Source: Sphyrna mokarran (lineage: Eukaryota). Taken from it: a stretch of DNA of 64,000 nucleotides. The notes below the pieces were generated by a model. That model was not told the origin of the DNA and searched no databases. It saw only the letters and a list, made by a program, of their open reading frames with translations. Positions 50,430 to 64,000 of the stretch are shown piece by piece. How positions within the stretch are numbered: position 1 is the stretch's first letter; the number at the start of each line of letters is the position of its first letter. The translations under genes and the position numbers were made by a program. The stretch is taken from contig JAGIQG010000006.1 in assembly GCA_024679065.1 (NCBI GenBank), positions 41,850,001 to 41,914,000 on the forward strand. The letters run 5' to 3'.

Positions 50430-51015
50430 TCCAGACAGTCATTCTCCTGAACTGTTTATTTCTCATGGATGAAGTAACCTTCCCAGAGACACAGTGTGAC
50501 TTTAGTCCTTCCAGCTTTTGTCAGACAAATCTAAGATAAATGGTCAAAAACTCTTCATCACACTCATCGATCCTATCAAAGCATTTGACTCAGAAAATCA
50601 GGAGGCTCCATGGCCTGTGCTCCAAAGATATGGATATCTTGAAAACATCATCACAAACATACAATTGCTTCATATTGAAATGCTACAACACCTTGTGTGG
50701 GAGATCTGAAACTGACACCTTCAGAATCTGAATCAGTGTCAAGCAAGGCAGTGCACTATTCCCCATATATTATGTAACTTTGACATTGGCTGTTCAACTC
50801 ATCAAAGATTGACTGCTCTCTGGTATCAGTGCTGTCTCGATGGAAAACTCCTCAACCTCAGTTGTCTTTGTGCCGAAACTAAACTGATCAACAAAGACAT
50901 ACATGTTCTATAGTTTGCAGATGATGGCATCAAATCTGCAAGCCACTTTCAAGATCCTCAATTCTGCATAAAATAAACTTAATATATCCTTCAATGTTGC
51001 CAAAACAAAACTCGT
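50430..51015 (+). mobile_element. RTE-clade LINE RT fragment
   Basis: LFITLIDPIKAFDS..EAPWPVLQRYG...IQLLH; VKQG; FADD. Confidence 0.8.
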
Positions 51016-51029
51016 AACAACCCTGTTAC

Positions 51030-51570
51030 AACTGGGCAATCCCCATTGTACATGTCACAAAAGCAGATGGTTCAGTCTTTTTTTGTGGTGAATTTAAAAC
51101 CATAAATCCAGTGTTGCGAGCTGATCAATATCTACTTCTTTAATTGAAAATTTGTTTGCTGGATTGTGAGGTGAGCAAAAATTGATCTTTCACATGCCAA
51201 TTTACAAGTGAATATAACTGTTGAATCTCAAAGTTGCTTATCATCATTACTCATAAAGGTCATTACCATTATAAAAGATTACCTTTTGGAATAATATCCA
51301 TATCAGCCCAATTCCAAAGATTGATGGAACAAATTTTAAGTGGCCTCTCTTAGATGCAATGTTATCTGGCTGCTATTTTATTCTAGAGTCCGGTGGAAAG
51401 GAATATTTGAATAATTTCAAAGCAACATTGGAACATCCTGAAGAGTATGTTCTACATATCACAAACGGATGACATTTTCCAGATGCCAGTCCAATATTTG
51501 GGTTGTGTTATTGATTGTAAAGGCCTACGTGAAAGATCTAAAAAGATGGATGCTATTTTAGAAGCACTGA
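51030..51570 (+). mobile_element. Gypsy RT domain fragment
   Basis: KADGSV, IDLSHANLQV, THKGHYHYKRLPFGI, QCYLAAIL (decayed YLDD), VQYLGCVID..KMDAILEA. Confidence 0.85.
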
Positions 51571-52519
51571 GTGGCCTCGCTCATTCCGAAACTGTAAATT
51601 CCACCCGAAGATGCAGAATAGAAACTCATAATCCTAAGTTGACAGCAACTTAAATAAAGGGGCAGCCACCTCTGATGACCATTGTTGCAAGGGGCAGACA
51701 GATATTCAATGGCTACCATTGACACATGTTATTAACTGTCTACCTCGAAATGACACAAATCTGCCAGCTTAACATTTTTTAAGAAGGGAAGCAGTTGCCC
51801 AACTTCTGTTGCCCTCCCCCCGCTTCCCCCCTGATCCTCCCCACCCTACTTCTGACCCTGGCCAAATCTCCTCAAGCCACTTGTGCAAGAAAGCCATTCA
51901 GTAATTCTGCTTTTTCTTTGGGGGTCTAAGCTACATCCCTGGGCCCGATTCTCAGATAGAGCTCATGTTCACCCATCTGGAGTCAACTCATGAAGTGTGT
52001 TATCTACAGTCAGATGGCAGTCTAAGAATTAGGAAGTGGTAGGTACTTGCCCCAGCACTGCCCAAGTAATGTCTGGCTTGTAAAGAGTGAATGTAAGTTA
52101 CAAGATACGTTGGAAACTCTTGGAAATAACAGGGGTTCATCACAATGAAATCTCCACCAATTTCTAATAGATTCCTTCTACTTTCCTCTTCCATTGTCCT
52201 GACTTATTTATTGACTGCCAATGAGTATCATCCTTGGAATTAAATTAGACTTTCCTAGCATCATTGAATATTGCTGGCAGCTATTTTGTTTTCACTTCAC
52301 TGACTTCTTTGACATGAATAGATTCTAGTTGACAGCTAGATGCATTTTGAACATCTGAGATATGCTTTCTTAAGCTCCATTTTCATACTCTGTGAGCATT
52401 TTATTTCTTTTTAACCTTTTAAAAAAAATTCTTGCTGATTCCTTGAATGCCTGGGATTGTGAATTGGAGAGATACACTGGCAGTTCAATGGGGTTGGCAA
52501 GCAGCTGCCATATTTGAGG

Positions 52520-53588
52520 GTGATTGAGCTAATTGGATTAGGAATTGGCTAGCAGATGGAAGACAGAGGGTGGTAGTTGATGGGAGATATTCATCGTGGA
52601 GTTCGGTTACTAGTGGTGTACCTCAGGGATCTGTTTTGGGGCCCCTGCTGTTTGTAATTTTTATAAATGATCTGGATGAGGGTATTGAAGGATGGATTAG
52701 TAAATTTGCAGATGACACCAAAGTCGGAGGAGTGGTAGATAGTGAAGAGGGGTGTTATAGTTTGCAGAGAGACTTGGACAAGTTGCAGAGCTGGGCCGAG
52801 AGGTGGCAAATGGAGTTTAATGTGGAAAAGTGTGAGGTAATTCACTTTGGCAGGAATAACAAATGTGTAGAGTATAGGGCTAATGGTAGGACTCTTAATA
52901 GTGTTGATGAACAGAGGGATCTTGGTGTATATGTGCATAGATCCCTGAAAGTTGGCAATCAAGTCGATAAGGTTGTTAAGAAGGCATACGGAGTCTTAGC
53001 TTTTATTGGTAGGGGGATTGAATTTCGGAGCCGCAACGTCATGTTGCAACTGTACAAAACTCTAGTGCGGCCGCACTTGGAGTATTGTGTACAGTTCTGG
53101 TCCCCGCATTATAAGAAAGATGTGGAGGCATTGGAGAGGGTACAGAGGAGGTTTACCAGGATGTTGCCTGGTATGGAGGGCAGGTCTTATGAAGAGAGGC
53201 TGAGGGATTTGAGGTTGTTTTCGTTAGAAAGAAGGCGGCTAAGAGGAGACCTTATTGAAACATATAAGATGATTAGAGGTTTAGATAGGGTGGACAGTGA
53301 TAGCCTTTTTCCTAGGATGGAGAAAGCTAGCACGAGGGGACATAGCTTTAAATTAAGGGGTGGTGGTTTAGGACAGATGTCAGAGGTAGGTTCTTTACCC
53401 AGAGGGTGGTAAGAGTATGGAATGCCTTGCCTGCTGCAGTTGTAGATGCGCCAAGTTTGGTGGCGTTTAAGAGGTTAGTAGATAAGTTTATGGATGAAAA
53501 GGGAATGGTTTAGGTTAGAGGGTCACTGCTTGTTCCTAATTTGTCGGCACAACATTGAAGGCCGAAGGGCCTGTTCTGCACTGTAATG
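52520..53588 (+). mobile_element. Young CR1 LINE 3' part (280 aa ORF with RT motifs)
   Basis: GVPQGSVLGP, KFADDTK, RPHLEYC; (TTCTATG)n tail. Confidence 0.97.
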
Positions 53589-53757
53589 TTCTATGTTCTA
53601 TGTTCTATATAATGTTAGACATTGCCTCATTATACTCAATTAGTCTCGTCGTGGGTCCAGTAAGTTTGGAATCTTGAAACCATAGGCTCTTTTTCTAATG
53701 GGCACATCTTCCCTTGGTTGAAAAGCTTACACTCTAAAAAAATAAAGACTTCAAACT

Positions 53758-53840
53758 CTGTACAGCCAATGAACTACTTCAGAAATGTTATCGTGATGTA
53801 ATGGAGGCAATGTGGTAAATCAATTTGTGCCAAGCAAACC
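53758..53840 (-). mobile_element. DeuSINE fragment
   Basis: tacagccaatgaactactt...aatttgtgc. Confidence 0.5.
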
Positions 53841-54029
53841 TGGGTGGAGGGTATCAAATAGAAATTGTATCAGATAGGTTCAATAACAAATGGACAATCC
53901 AGTGTGTTTTAACTCAAAACATTAAATTTAAAACCCCAATCCTTGGGTGTGAACCACACTTTATCTGTAGAACCTGATTCAGTTCCCATTCTTCTTCAAA
54001 TGGTTTCATTCCTCTGATACTTTCTATTC

Positions 54030-54085
54030 CAGTAAGAGGTCTTACAACAGCAGCTTAAAGTCTAACCGGTTTATATATAATCATA
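54030..54085. mobile_element. Fragment of the palindromic Penelope-type arm (no hammerhead)
   Basis: cagtaagaggtcttacaacagcagcttaaagtctaaccggttta similar to 11148-11190. Confidence 0.5.
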
Positions 54086-54124
54086 TCCCCTTCTCCTTCT
54101 GTCACACTGCTGGTGATAATGCTA

Positions 54125-54930
54125 TCAACTGAATGCAAGGTAAGTCCATTCACAAGTCTGACAGCAGCAGGAAGAAACTGTTCTTGAGTCGGTTGGTAAG
54201 TGAGCTCAGACTTTTGTATCTTTTTCCCGAAGGAAGAAGATGGAAGAAAGAATGTCCAGGGTGTGTGGGGTCCTTAATTATGCTGGCTGCTTTGCTAAGG
54301 CAGTGAGAAGTGTAGACAGAGTCAATGGCTCAGACGCTGGTTTGCGTAATGGATTGGACTACATTCACAACCTTTTGTAGTTCCTTGTAATCTTAGGCAG
54401 AACAGGAGCCATACCAAGCTGTGCTATAACCACAAAGAATGTTTTCTATGGTGCATCTGTAAAAGTTGGTGAGAGTTGTAGCTGACATGCCAAATTTCCT
54501 TAGTCTTCTGAGAAAATAGTTGATGGGTTTTCTTAACTATAGTGTGGCATGGGAGGACCAGGGCAAGTTGTTTGTGATCTAGACACCTAAAATGTTCTTG
54601 AACTTTTCTCCTTCTTCCCCATTGATGTACTCCTTTATGCTTCCTGAAGTCAATGACAATCTCCTTTGTTTTGTTGACGTTGAGAAAGAGATTATTATCG
54701 CTGCACCAGATTCTCTATTTCTTGCCTGTACCCTATCTTGTCATTGTTTGAGATCTGACCCAGTATGGTGATGTAGTCAGCAAACTTGAAAATAGAATTG
54801 GAGGGGAATTTAGTCACAAAGTCATAGGTGTTTAAAGAGTGTAGTAGGGAGCTGAGGACACAGCCTTGTGGTGCAGGAGTGTTGAGGATGATCATAGAGG
54901 AGATGTTGTTGCCTCTTCTTACTGATTACA
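54125..54930 (-). mobile_element. Rex1/Babar LINE RT to 3' part
   Basis: Minus ORF LNTPAPQGCVLSSLL...FKFADY; reverse complement of 39181-39700. Confidence 0.92.
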
Positions 54931-56146
54931 TGTGGGAGACATAGGGGGTTGAGGGCTAGGGAGCCCAATACTCATCTATCAAACTGAACCAATATCCCAG
55001 TGAATGAAGATAGGCTTTTGAATTTTCCCAACTTGGGCATCTGCCACCTCTGTCCAGTCTGAGGAGATAACAGCCTCGACTCCAGTCCAGCGAGATATTG
55101 TGGATGAAAGTGCGGTGAGCTGGCACAATCCCTTAAGAGGTAGAGCCACGAGGTTGGGAAATGGTTTAAGTCCTGAGTCCCACCTGAAAGGCAGAAACCT
55201 ATCCCTTGTTGTCAATCTGGGATACAGTCGTGACACTTCCAATGGTTGTTAAGGTCAACCTTTGTGCTGTGAAATCATTCCAGTTACCACAGACCTGTCC
55301 CATATCTTAGGTAAATGAACACGCAACAGCTGTGCTAAAACAATTTGGATGTGAAGGCATTAAAAGCTGTGAAATTTTCAATTGTAAGTCACAGCCTGAC
55401 TTGATACGCCTGTGTTGGTCAAAATGGGTATGCGTGCAATGCTATGATAAACAAGTTGCAGAGAGGGTGAACAATGAATGTTGAACAAATTGTCAAGCAA
55501 GACTTGTTGATATGCAGTTATCTGATGGGATATGATCCAATTAGGGAGCCTTACTTTGAACAATCTAAAGAATATTTTCTTCTTCTATATCTATTCCCAC
55601 ATCCAACCAGTGTGAAACAGACTGGGCCAGATCTTCCATTCACTGGGGGAACATACTCCAGTTGGTACTCTGGAAGATGTGCTAGGCGAGCACTCCTGGA
55701 TGCCCACATGCAAAAATGCAAGAGAATTGCTCTGGAGGTTTCCACTGCTGATGAGCAATCATGCTGCATCAGGGCCCCCCCCTAAATTCTGATTAAAATC
55801 AGAGATTTCAAATGGTTTCAACTCACTGAGCAGAATAGTTATCAAGGCAAAGTTAGAAGGATTAGAACTACTTCTAACTCCTGGGTAACTATTGTACTGA
55901 CTCCCCCCGATACCCCCAATGGACTATCACTCACTCTGACTCCTCAAGTAACTCCATCATCCAATCACCCCTGAACTGCCAGCCACTGCTACTTCCTGGC
56001 TTTCCCCAGACCAACTGACCCCCCTATTATCCCAAAAGCCCTCCACCTCACCGATCCCCCAACCTGTCCACCACAACCCTCTCTCTGCTGTCCCACCAAC
56101 TACCTAATCCGCCTTCCCATCATCTGACCCACCTAATCACCATCAT

Positions 56147-56174
56147 CACACACACACACACACACACACACACA
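56147..56174. repeat. (CA)n microsatellite
   Basis: Direct tandem CA. Confidence 0.95.
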
Positions 56175-56497
56175 ATGGTCTAGATTATCGCTAGACTATT
56201 AATTCAGAAACTTGGGAACCCAGATTTGAATCCCGCCACGGCAGCCGGTGGAATTTAAAAATATCGGGAGTTAAGAATCTACTGGTGACCATGAAACCAT
56301 TATTGATTGTCGGAAAAACCCACCTGGTCAACTAATGTCTTTTAGGAAAGGGAATCTGCCATCCTTATCCAGTCTGGCCTATATGTGTTTCCATACCCAC
56401 AGCAATGTAGTTGATTCTAAAGTGTCCTCTGAACAAGGGCAAGTAGGGATAGCCAATAAATGCTGGTCTGTCCATGACCAACAAATGAATAAAAAAC
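56175..56497 (+). mobile_element. tRNA/CR1-tail SINE
   Basis: A-box-like tggtctagattatcgctag, B-box gatttgaatcc, tail atgaataaaaaa. Confidence 0.85.
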
Positions 56498-56859
56498 ACA
56501 CACACAGTTTACAGTGGTTCGTGCACTGAAAAGGAGACATGGCTTTTTGAATAATGAATGCCCACTAACATTGAAAAGTCTGTCCTCCCAAGTTAATTTG
56601 TTTACCAATATTTACCTGGGCCTGCGTCTTCGTTTCTGAGTTGAAAGCGCAGGTTAGGATCAGTTGCCACCCAGATTTGGGAGAAAATGGAACTTGCATT
56701 CCGGGATGGCAGTGTTCCCCAGGAGTCAGACCAAGTGATCCTGGAGCAAGTGCTGAGGATACCATGTGTAGAAGTGGGGTGGGTGGAAGACCTACCTCAG
56801 CCAGAGAATTTATCAAAGTTTTTAAAGAAGAATAAAGCCACCCTCCAAACCTTTAAATG

Positions 56860-59800
56860 AATATGCCAGGGAGGATGGGAATCTATGTCAGGAGTCTGAG
56901 AGGGAGGGAGCAAGGACAAAATGTGGGAGGAAGGTTCCAACAACATCAAAAATTAGGAAATAAGTTAAAAGGAAGGAGAACTCAAGATATTATGAATGAA
57001 AGTGTTAGAATTCAAAAAGAAAGTACAAAAACTAGCATAAGGGCACTTTATCTAAATGCTTGTAGGATTTGAAACAAAGTAAATGAGTTGACAGCACAAA
57101 TTATGACGAATGAGTATGATTTGGTGGCCATTACAGAGATGTAGTTGCAGAATGGTGACAACTGGGCGTTGAATATTCAGGGGTATCAGACTGTTCGGAG
57201 GGACTGAAAGGAAGGTGAGGGAGGTAGTTAGCTCTGATATTTAAGGATGACATCAGGACGATAATGAGAGATAATATAGGTTCTATGAAGAAAAGGTTGA
57301 ATCCATTTGGGTGGAAATTAGAAATAGTAAGGAGAAAAAATTACTGATAGGTGTAATCTATAGGCCACCAAATAATAACATCACGGTGGGGCAAGGAATA
57401 TTCAAAGAAATAACCGATGCATGTAAAAATGGTACAGCAATTATCATGAAGGATTTTAATCTACGTCTCAATTGATCAAATCAGGTTGATCAAGGCAGCC
57501 TTGAAGAGACGTTCATAGAATGTATCCACGAAGGCTTCCTTGAACAGTATGTAATGGAACTGACAAGGGAGCAAGCTATTATCGATCTTGTACTATGTAT
57601 TGAGACAGGAATAATTAAGATCTTGCAGTTAGGGATCCTCTTGGAAGAAGCGACCGCAGCATGGTTGAATTTAAAATACAGATGAGCATGAGAAAGAAAA
57701 ATCCAATATCAGTGTCTTGTGTTTAAACAAAAGAAACTATAAAGAGATGAGGGAGGAATTGGCTAAGATAAACTGGGAGCAAAAACTTTATTATGGGACA
57801 ATTGGGGAACAGTGGAGGACTTTCAAAGTGATCTTTCACAGTGCTCAGCAAAAGTACATGTGAGGGATAAGGAAGGACTGTAGAAAAAGAAATAATCAGC
57901 CAAGGATATCTAAGGAAATAAAGGAGGGTATCAAATTGAAAGAAAATGCATACAAAGTGGCAAAAATAAATGGGAAGGTAGAGAATTGGAAAATCTTTAA
58001 AGGTCAGCAGAAAGCCATGAAGAAAAAACTATAAAGGTAAGATGGATTATGAGAGTAAACCAGCTCAGAAAATAAAAACAGAGTTTTTACAAATATATAA
58101 AGTTTTTAGAAAATTTCTACAAATATATAAAATGAAAAAAAGTGGTGAAAATAAAGATTGGTTGTTTAAAAGGCGAGAAGGGGGGTGTAATAACTGGAAG
58201 TAAGAAAATGGCTGAGGCATTAAACAAGTATTTTGCATTGGTCTTCACAGTGGAAGATACAAATAACATGCCAAAAATTGATGACAGGAAGGCTATGACA
58301 GGTGGGAACCTAAGAACTATTATTATTGCGAAAGAGTGTTAAGCAAGTTAAGGAAGCTAAGTCTCCTAGTCCTGATGGAATGGCAGGAGAAATAGCAAAT
58401 GCACCAGTGGTAATTTAATAAAATTCGCTGGATTCTGGGTTGGTTCCTGCAGTTTGGAAAACAGCAAATGTGATGCCAATATTTAAAAAAAGGAGGTAGG
58501 CAAAAGGCAGGTAACTATAGGCTGGTTAGCTTAATGTTTATAGTAGAGAAAATGCTTGAATTTATCATCAAGGAAGAAATAGTGAGACATCTGGATGTAG
58601 ATTGTCCATTGATAAGATGCAATATGGATTTATGAAGGACAGGTCATGTTTGACTAATTTGGTGGAATTCTTTGAGAACATTACATGTGCAATGGACAAT
58701 GGGGAACCTGTGGATGTGGTGTATCTGGATTTCCAGAAGGCATTTGATAAGGTGCTGCACCAAAGACTGCTGCATAAGATAAAGGTGCACAGTGTTATGT
58801 GTAAAGTATTAGCACGGATAGAGGATTGGTTAACTAACATAAAGCAAAGAGTAGGGGTAAATGGGTCTTTTTCTGGTTGGCGATCAATGACTAATGATGT
58901 GCCTCAGGGATCGGTGTTGGGACTGCAATTATTTACAATTTACATAGATGATTTGGAGTTGAGAACCAAGTGTAGTGTGTAAAATTTGCAGATGATACTA
59001 AGATGGGTGGAAGAGCAAAATGTATAAGAGTACACCAGAAGTCTACAAAAGAATATAGATAATCTAAGTGAATGGGCCAGAATCTAACGGATGGAGTACA
59101 ATGTTGGTAAATGTGAGGTCATCCATTTTGGTAGGAATAACAGCAAAATGGACAATTATTTAATTGGGACCTGGAAATCCTTGTGCAGGAATCTCAAGAA
59201 GTTGGTTTGTAGGTGCAGCAGGCAATTAAGAAGGCAAGTGGAATTTTGTCCTTCATTGCTAGAAGGATGCAGTTTAAGAACAGTGAGATTATGTTGCAGC
59301 TGTGTAAGGTGCTGGTGAGGCCACACCTGGAGTACTGTGTACCATTTTGGTCTTCTTACTTGAAAAAGGATATACTGGCACTGGAGAGGGTGCAGAGGAG
59401 ATTCACTAGCTTGATTCTGGAGTTGAAAATGTTGGCTTATGAGGAGAGATTGAGTAGACTGGGGTTATACTCATTGGAATTCAGAAGAATGAGGGGAGAT
59501 CTCATAGAAATGTATAAGATTATGAAGGGAATAGATAAGATAAAAGCAGGGAAGTTGTTTTGGCTGACAGTGAAATGAGAATTAGGGGCCCAGCTCCAAA
59601 ATAAGGACTGAGTTGAGGAGGAACCTCTTCACACAAAGGGTTATGAATCTGTGGAATTCCCTGCCTAGTGAATCAGTTGAGTTTACCTCATTGAATGTTT
59701 TTAAGGCAGGAATAAATAAATTTTTGAACAGTAAAGAAATTAAGGGTTATGATGAGCTGGCAGGTAGGTGGAGCTGAGTCCACAAAAAGATCAGCCATGA

Positions 59801-59882
59801 TCTTATTGAATGGCACAGCAGGCTCGAGGGGCCAGATGGCCTACTCATGATCCTAGTTCTTATGTTCTTATGTTCTTATATG
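56860..59882 (+). mobile_element. CR1/HER1 LINE with near-complete but disrupted ORF2 (APE endonuclease plus RT)
   Basis: LYLNACRI, VAITE, YRPP, SD.SMV, NYR..SL, YLDFQKAFDKV, VPQGSVLG, FADDTK; (TTCTTATG)n tail; many stops and frameshifts. Confidence 0.95.
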
Positions 59883-60550
59883 ACCATTCCCTGCATCCCA
59901 TCGCCTCACTCCCCATGACCATCCATGAAATCCATATCACCTTTTGACCTCCAACACCCTCAAAGGACCCTCATATCCTCCATTTTAACTTATGTCCTTC
60001 AGCCAAACACAGCCATTGCTCTTCCATCCCTTCATGCTAAACTATATTTTTCTGTTCACCCACTATGGCATCTCATACCCTTCATGTTTACCAATGTGCC
60101 TTTGCCAACCAGCCCATTGCCTTTTACAGATCTTATGCCAACTTATTAGCAACCCATGTCCCTTACTCACTACCTTTTATTCTTAGATCTACCATTCCAG
60201 CTCACCCAGTATCCACCATGGCCAGACCTCAGGACCCATTTTAAGAATAACATAAAGTTCCAAGTATCTCTTGAAGCCTTTACTTTTTTCCAAATAAAAT
60301 GTTCATGCATAAAAACCTATTTACTGTATTTACATCTTTTAACTATCTTATATCTTATGACTGCATGCATTTAATTCGATTTCATAATCTCTTTTAAAAA
60401 CAAACATTGGAATTTGTCATCCCACTTCAGAGTCCATAATCACTTGTATCTGTCAATCAAACTGTGAAATGGCAGATAATCTATTATGAAATCGTCGTGC
60501 AGCACTAATCCAGTAATCCATAAGCAGACAGAATTAAATAGCATGCAATC

Positions 60551-60596
60551 ATTTTTCAACACTCCATTATTTTTCAACACTCCATTATTTTTCAAG
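60551..60596. repeat. 18 bp tandem repeat, about 2.5 copies
   Basis: atttttcaacactccatt repeated. Confidence 0.9.
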
Positions 60597-60624
60597 CGTT
60601 TAAAGAGCTGGTGTTTTAAATGCC

Positions 60625-60753
60625 TTGACAGCTTCATAACTGCCAATCAATTTAACAGATAATCTTGACATTTTTTGACAGTTGTTTTTGATTGTTCCTT
60701 TTGACAATGCACTTTGACACTTTTGACAATGTTTTTGACGTTTCCTATTGACA
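60625..60753 (+). repeat. TTGACA motif array
   Basis: Seven TTGACA plus one TTGACG in about 130 bp. Confidence 0.85.
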
Positions 60754-61519
60754 TTCTACCCTGCTCCTGATTAATACGTCTGTATATAAGTTTATCAATG
60801 GGAGAGCCAGAAGCAGGGGCAACCTAGACATTCAACTGGGTCTTGGAGAAAGATTCCAACTTCTTGTAGCACCTCCCACAAGGAAAGTCAAAATACAAAA
60901 AACATTGGGTCAGTTCTGATACTGATTATTCTTCCTGCTGGAAGGATCTGACAGAAGATGCAGTTTCACAGTTAAAATGATTTAATCAGAGGCCAATCTG
61001 CATATTTAAAGAGTTGCTTCACTAGTTTCTAGCAGGGATCCCACTCAGTTGTTCAGAAGTTCAGGGATTGGAACAAGGGAAACAGCATGGGACATTAGTG
61101 GATGAATTCCGAAGACAAAAGAATGGGCCACCCAACAAGTTTAGGTAAGGCAGGTTTACAAATTACTGCCAATATTTCAACTAATCAAAAAGTCATTTCT
61201 ATAATTACATAGTAGAGAGCAAAGTTGTATTCACTTCACATCAATTATTTCTTAATGCAAAATGATTTTAGCTCTGCCTATTGTAATACAATGCACCATG
61301 AATCACATACATCATCATATAAGATAAAAGAGGAGGTTAATTTTGAATCCCTCTGCCTGAGTAGTAACCCAGAAAAATAAATTGCCCATCCATTGCTGAA
61401 CATGTGATGAAAATTCAATGGGTTCTATCATCTGTGGCAGTTAGCAAAGTGAAAGTGGCTCCCTGTATTCACTGGTAAATTATGACATCTATGCTATGTA
61501 GGAAGCCATACACAGGAAG

Positions 61520-61800
61520 ACAAGCTGGGGTAATGGAAGAGACATTAGTCCTTCACTGAAGGAGAAAATTCTTTGCATAAAACCAAACTCTTTTAGATTA
61601 TGAAGAAAGTCATATGTCTGACAGAGTCCTGGGGGAAAATCGTTGACATGATCAATGCATCATCGACAGAAAAATTTGAGTACCGCTGGAGGTAGTCTAA
61701 TGATGTTTAATAGAAGAGTCAAAGGAAGAAACTGAGAAAGTTAAAAGGGATCTCTATTTGGTGGAACTCTTTGCCCCAAACATCATCCTCATCACTCCTG
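61520..61800 (+). pseudogene. Possible decayed Myb/SANT-like coding remnant (Harbinger-associated)
   Basis: SWGKIVDMINASS at about 61627-61665, followed by basic KSQRKK and a GG motif; stops and frameshifts. Confidence 0.35.
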
Positions 61801-62559
61801 CCACTGGAGAGAAAAATCTGATAGTTCCATTTACCTCACAGGAAATGAATACATCCAGGAAAATAGACATGAGGATCTAGCTATTGGCTCGTGCTGACAA
61901 AGAATGCTCTCTTCTCAGCAATATGTAGACACATTGACCACATTTACATGAGAGTGGTGAGCTATAACTGCTTGCTGGGCCAGAGGATGAGGTTCAGGGG
62001 AGCTTTTTAAGAAACTATTCTCCCATGGCCCCACCGGGGATGAATTCAGCAGGAATCCAAAAATTAGCCTTATGTCAATGGGAGTTTCCTGAAGGATCTT
62101 CCACTGGTGCCCACCATGACAGATCAGAAAACTGGCTGGCATCCTGCTAATAATATACAGATAAAGACCTGACCGGAAACTTCCGCACATGCCTGATTTT
62201 CCATGATGCCAGTGGCAAAACACATTGTCCAGAACATGTCCGGGAAGTGACATGCCAAAGGCGGAACTTACCTGGGTAAAGCCTGGGGCTACCTTTTGAG
62301 TTCAGGATGGAGGCAATCAGCAACCCTAGACCTGAGAACATCATCACAGTAAGTGGGGGCAGCATTAGAGGTAGATTCTCCAGATTCTGTATGAGTGAGG
62401 AGATCTATCTTCCAGTCTCAGAATGTTTCTGGAGATCTATTTTCTTTTTCAGAAAGTCCATTTTCTTTCTTCAACAAGTGGGTCAGTGACATTGGGCACC
62501 TCTTCAATATATGGTACCCAGCTATGATGATGGGATTCGTGCTATCACACCTGCCTCTT

Positions 62560-62723
62560 CACGTAACACTGTGCAAAATCCCTGGGTGCATAACTAATGA
62601 AAACAAAGCCACAAGATATGGCACGGTTGCCCCCCTCCCCATCCCCAGAGCCTTTGCAGTGAGAAACGCCCTCCATTCCCGATCCCGCCACAGGTCTTAG
62701 TCTCAGACGGGAGAATTCCACCC
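62560..62723. mobile_element. Harbinger-like MITE terminus
   Basis: Ends gggagaattccaccc. Confidence 0.45.
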
Positions 62724-63127
62724 TATGTTTCTGGTAGCAAGTGCCCAGAGGCCCTTAAAAAAACATTAGTTAGACCACACATTCAGAGGTGGTAGTGGTG
62801 TTAGGGTGAGGTGGGTGGGAATTGGGGGCGACGTGTTTGGGGGAGACTGGGGTGGAAGAAAGTTAAACCATTCATTCTCTTAAAGAAACCAAAAGCTGAC
62901 AATCAGGCTTAGAGTCAATATCAACGTTGCAGTTAGGAATAATTGTCTGGCCTGTGGCTTTCCCAAGATGAGATCATTAGCATCTCTCAGTTGGGTGAAT
63001 CCCACCTGATGGACTCTGCCAGACCGGTGGAAAATTCTCTTCAGGTGAATTGTGGCCATAGATCACATTTTCCTGAATGTAGACTGTGCTGTACCACATC
63101 TGAAAGAGAGTCATATTGGCCTTAAAA

Positions 63128-63204
63128 TGTTAATTCTGCTTCTATCTTCACTGATACTGCTAAACTTGCTGAGTTTCTCCAGCATTTCCTGTTTCTATTT
63201 TAGT
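63128..63204 (+). mobile_element. Penelope tail fragment
   Basis: gttaattctg...acttgctgagtttctccagcatttcctg. Confidence 0.6.
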
Positions 63205-63864
63205 ATCAACTGTGTTCAGGACAACTCATTTTTAGAAGGGTTGCAGAAAATGGGCATTAAGCTCCATTTGTATGCTCCAGGTTTGGCCCCCTTATGCTTG
63301 TTTTTATGCCAATAGGCAGACAGTACACTATTGGAGTGTCTGTCATGTTCGATTCTTAGAGACCAACTTTACACCTATTTAGAAGCGTTCCTTGCAAGTC
63401 CTATGAAGCGCCTGACATTTGATTGCACTGCCATAAAAGTGTGTCAAACAAAAAAAACTCAGGTGGATGTGTTTCATTAGCTTCACCAATATTGTTGTTG
63501 ACATGAAAAGTTCCTGAAATGTAACAGTTTCAAATGTAATAACCAGAATCAGGAGAGAAGAAAGGGAAGAAAACAATAGACTCTTGAAATGACACGTCTA
63601 CCTATTTCATCATCTCCTACTATCTCTTAGCTTGAAGTTTATTCCCCTATCTTCTATTTGGCAGTGCGGCCTCCAGTTGTAGTTAGTTCTTCCTCAGTAG
63701 TTGGGACCTGTTTTCCATAAGAATGTGGACTTCCTGTCAATGGCATATGCAGTTACTCCATGGTTTCCTACAATATTAACATGTCTTTCCCTTTATATTC
63801 AGAATTAATTGCAGCTACAATGCTGCTTTTCCTTTATATACATGTTCATTAATACTATACCCAT

Positions 63865-64000
63865 CATAGAATCAAAGAACATTTACAACCCCCAGCTTTA
63901 TCCCACTTTCCCTTAGCCATTCAGCTTATGACGTTTGAGATGCCCATTCACACACCTGGTAAATGAGTCAAGGCCTCTACTACCCTTTCAGGCAGTGAAT
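63865..64000 (-). mobile_element. CR1 3' end running off the window
   Basis: catagaatcaaagaac tail; cctctactaccctttcaggcagtgaat is the reverse of the WNSLP region. Confidence 0.65.

Noticed and set aside
52570-53412. 280 aa RT ORF as a host or domesticated gene
   Set aside because: 5'-truncated CR1 ORF2 with a terminal frameshift and tandem-repeat tail; the open frame reflects youth
55474-55785. 103 aa ORF
   Set aside because: Runs into a MITE-like terminus at about 55624; no recognisable homology
60625-60753. TTGACA as bacterial -35 boxes or a CRISPR-like array
   Set aside because: Eukaryotic context; 6 bp repeats with short irregular spacers

Overview
Vertebrate, most likely cartilaginous fish (shark/ray), genomic DNA. 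It is AT-rich and intergenic or intronic. I found no host protein-coding exon, rRNA, tRNA gene or CRISPR array. Every recognisable ORF is a transposon remnant. These include many CR1/HER1 LINE copies of different ages, HE1-type V-SINEs, a second tRNA/CR1-tail SINE family, DeuSINE (SacSINE1-like) and LF-SINE-like relics, Rex1/Babar, RTE, L2, Penelope, Gypsy LTR remnants and PIF/Harbinger-like MITEs, often nested. Main findings: (1) two small palindromic Penelope-type insertions with 12-13 bp target-site duplications (TSDs), each with a minimal hammerhead ribozyme motif on both strands and covarying stems; (2) a young CR1 LINE whose ~570 nt structured 3' UTR contains a remodelled V-SINE, with a second related copy in the window; (3) a duplication-inversion-duplication inside a Gypsy LTR; (4) several repeat-free blocks with developmental-enhancer-like motif grammar. 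Family names come from recalled consensus motifs, not database searches, and boundaries of old repeats are approximate.
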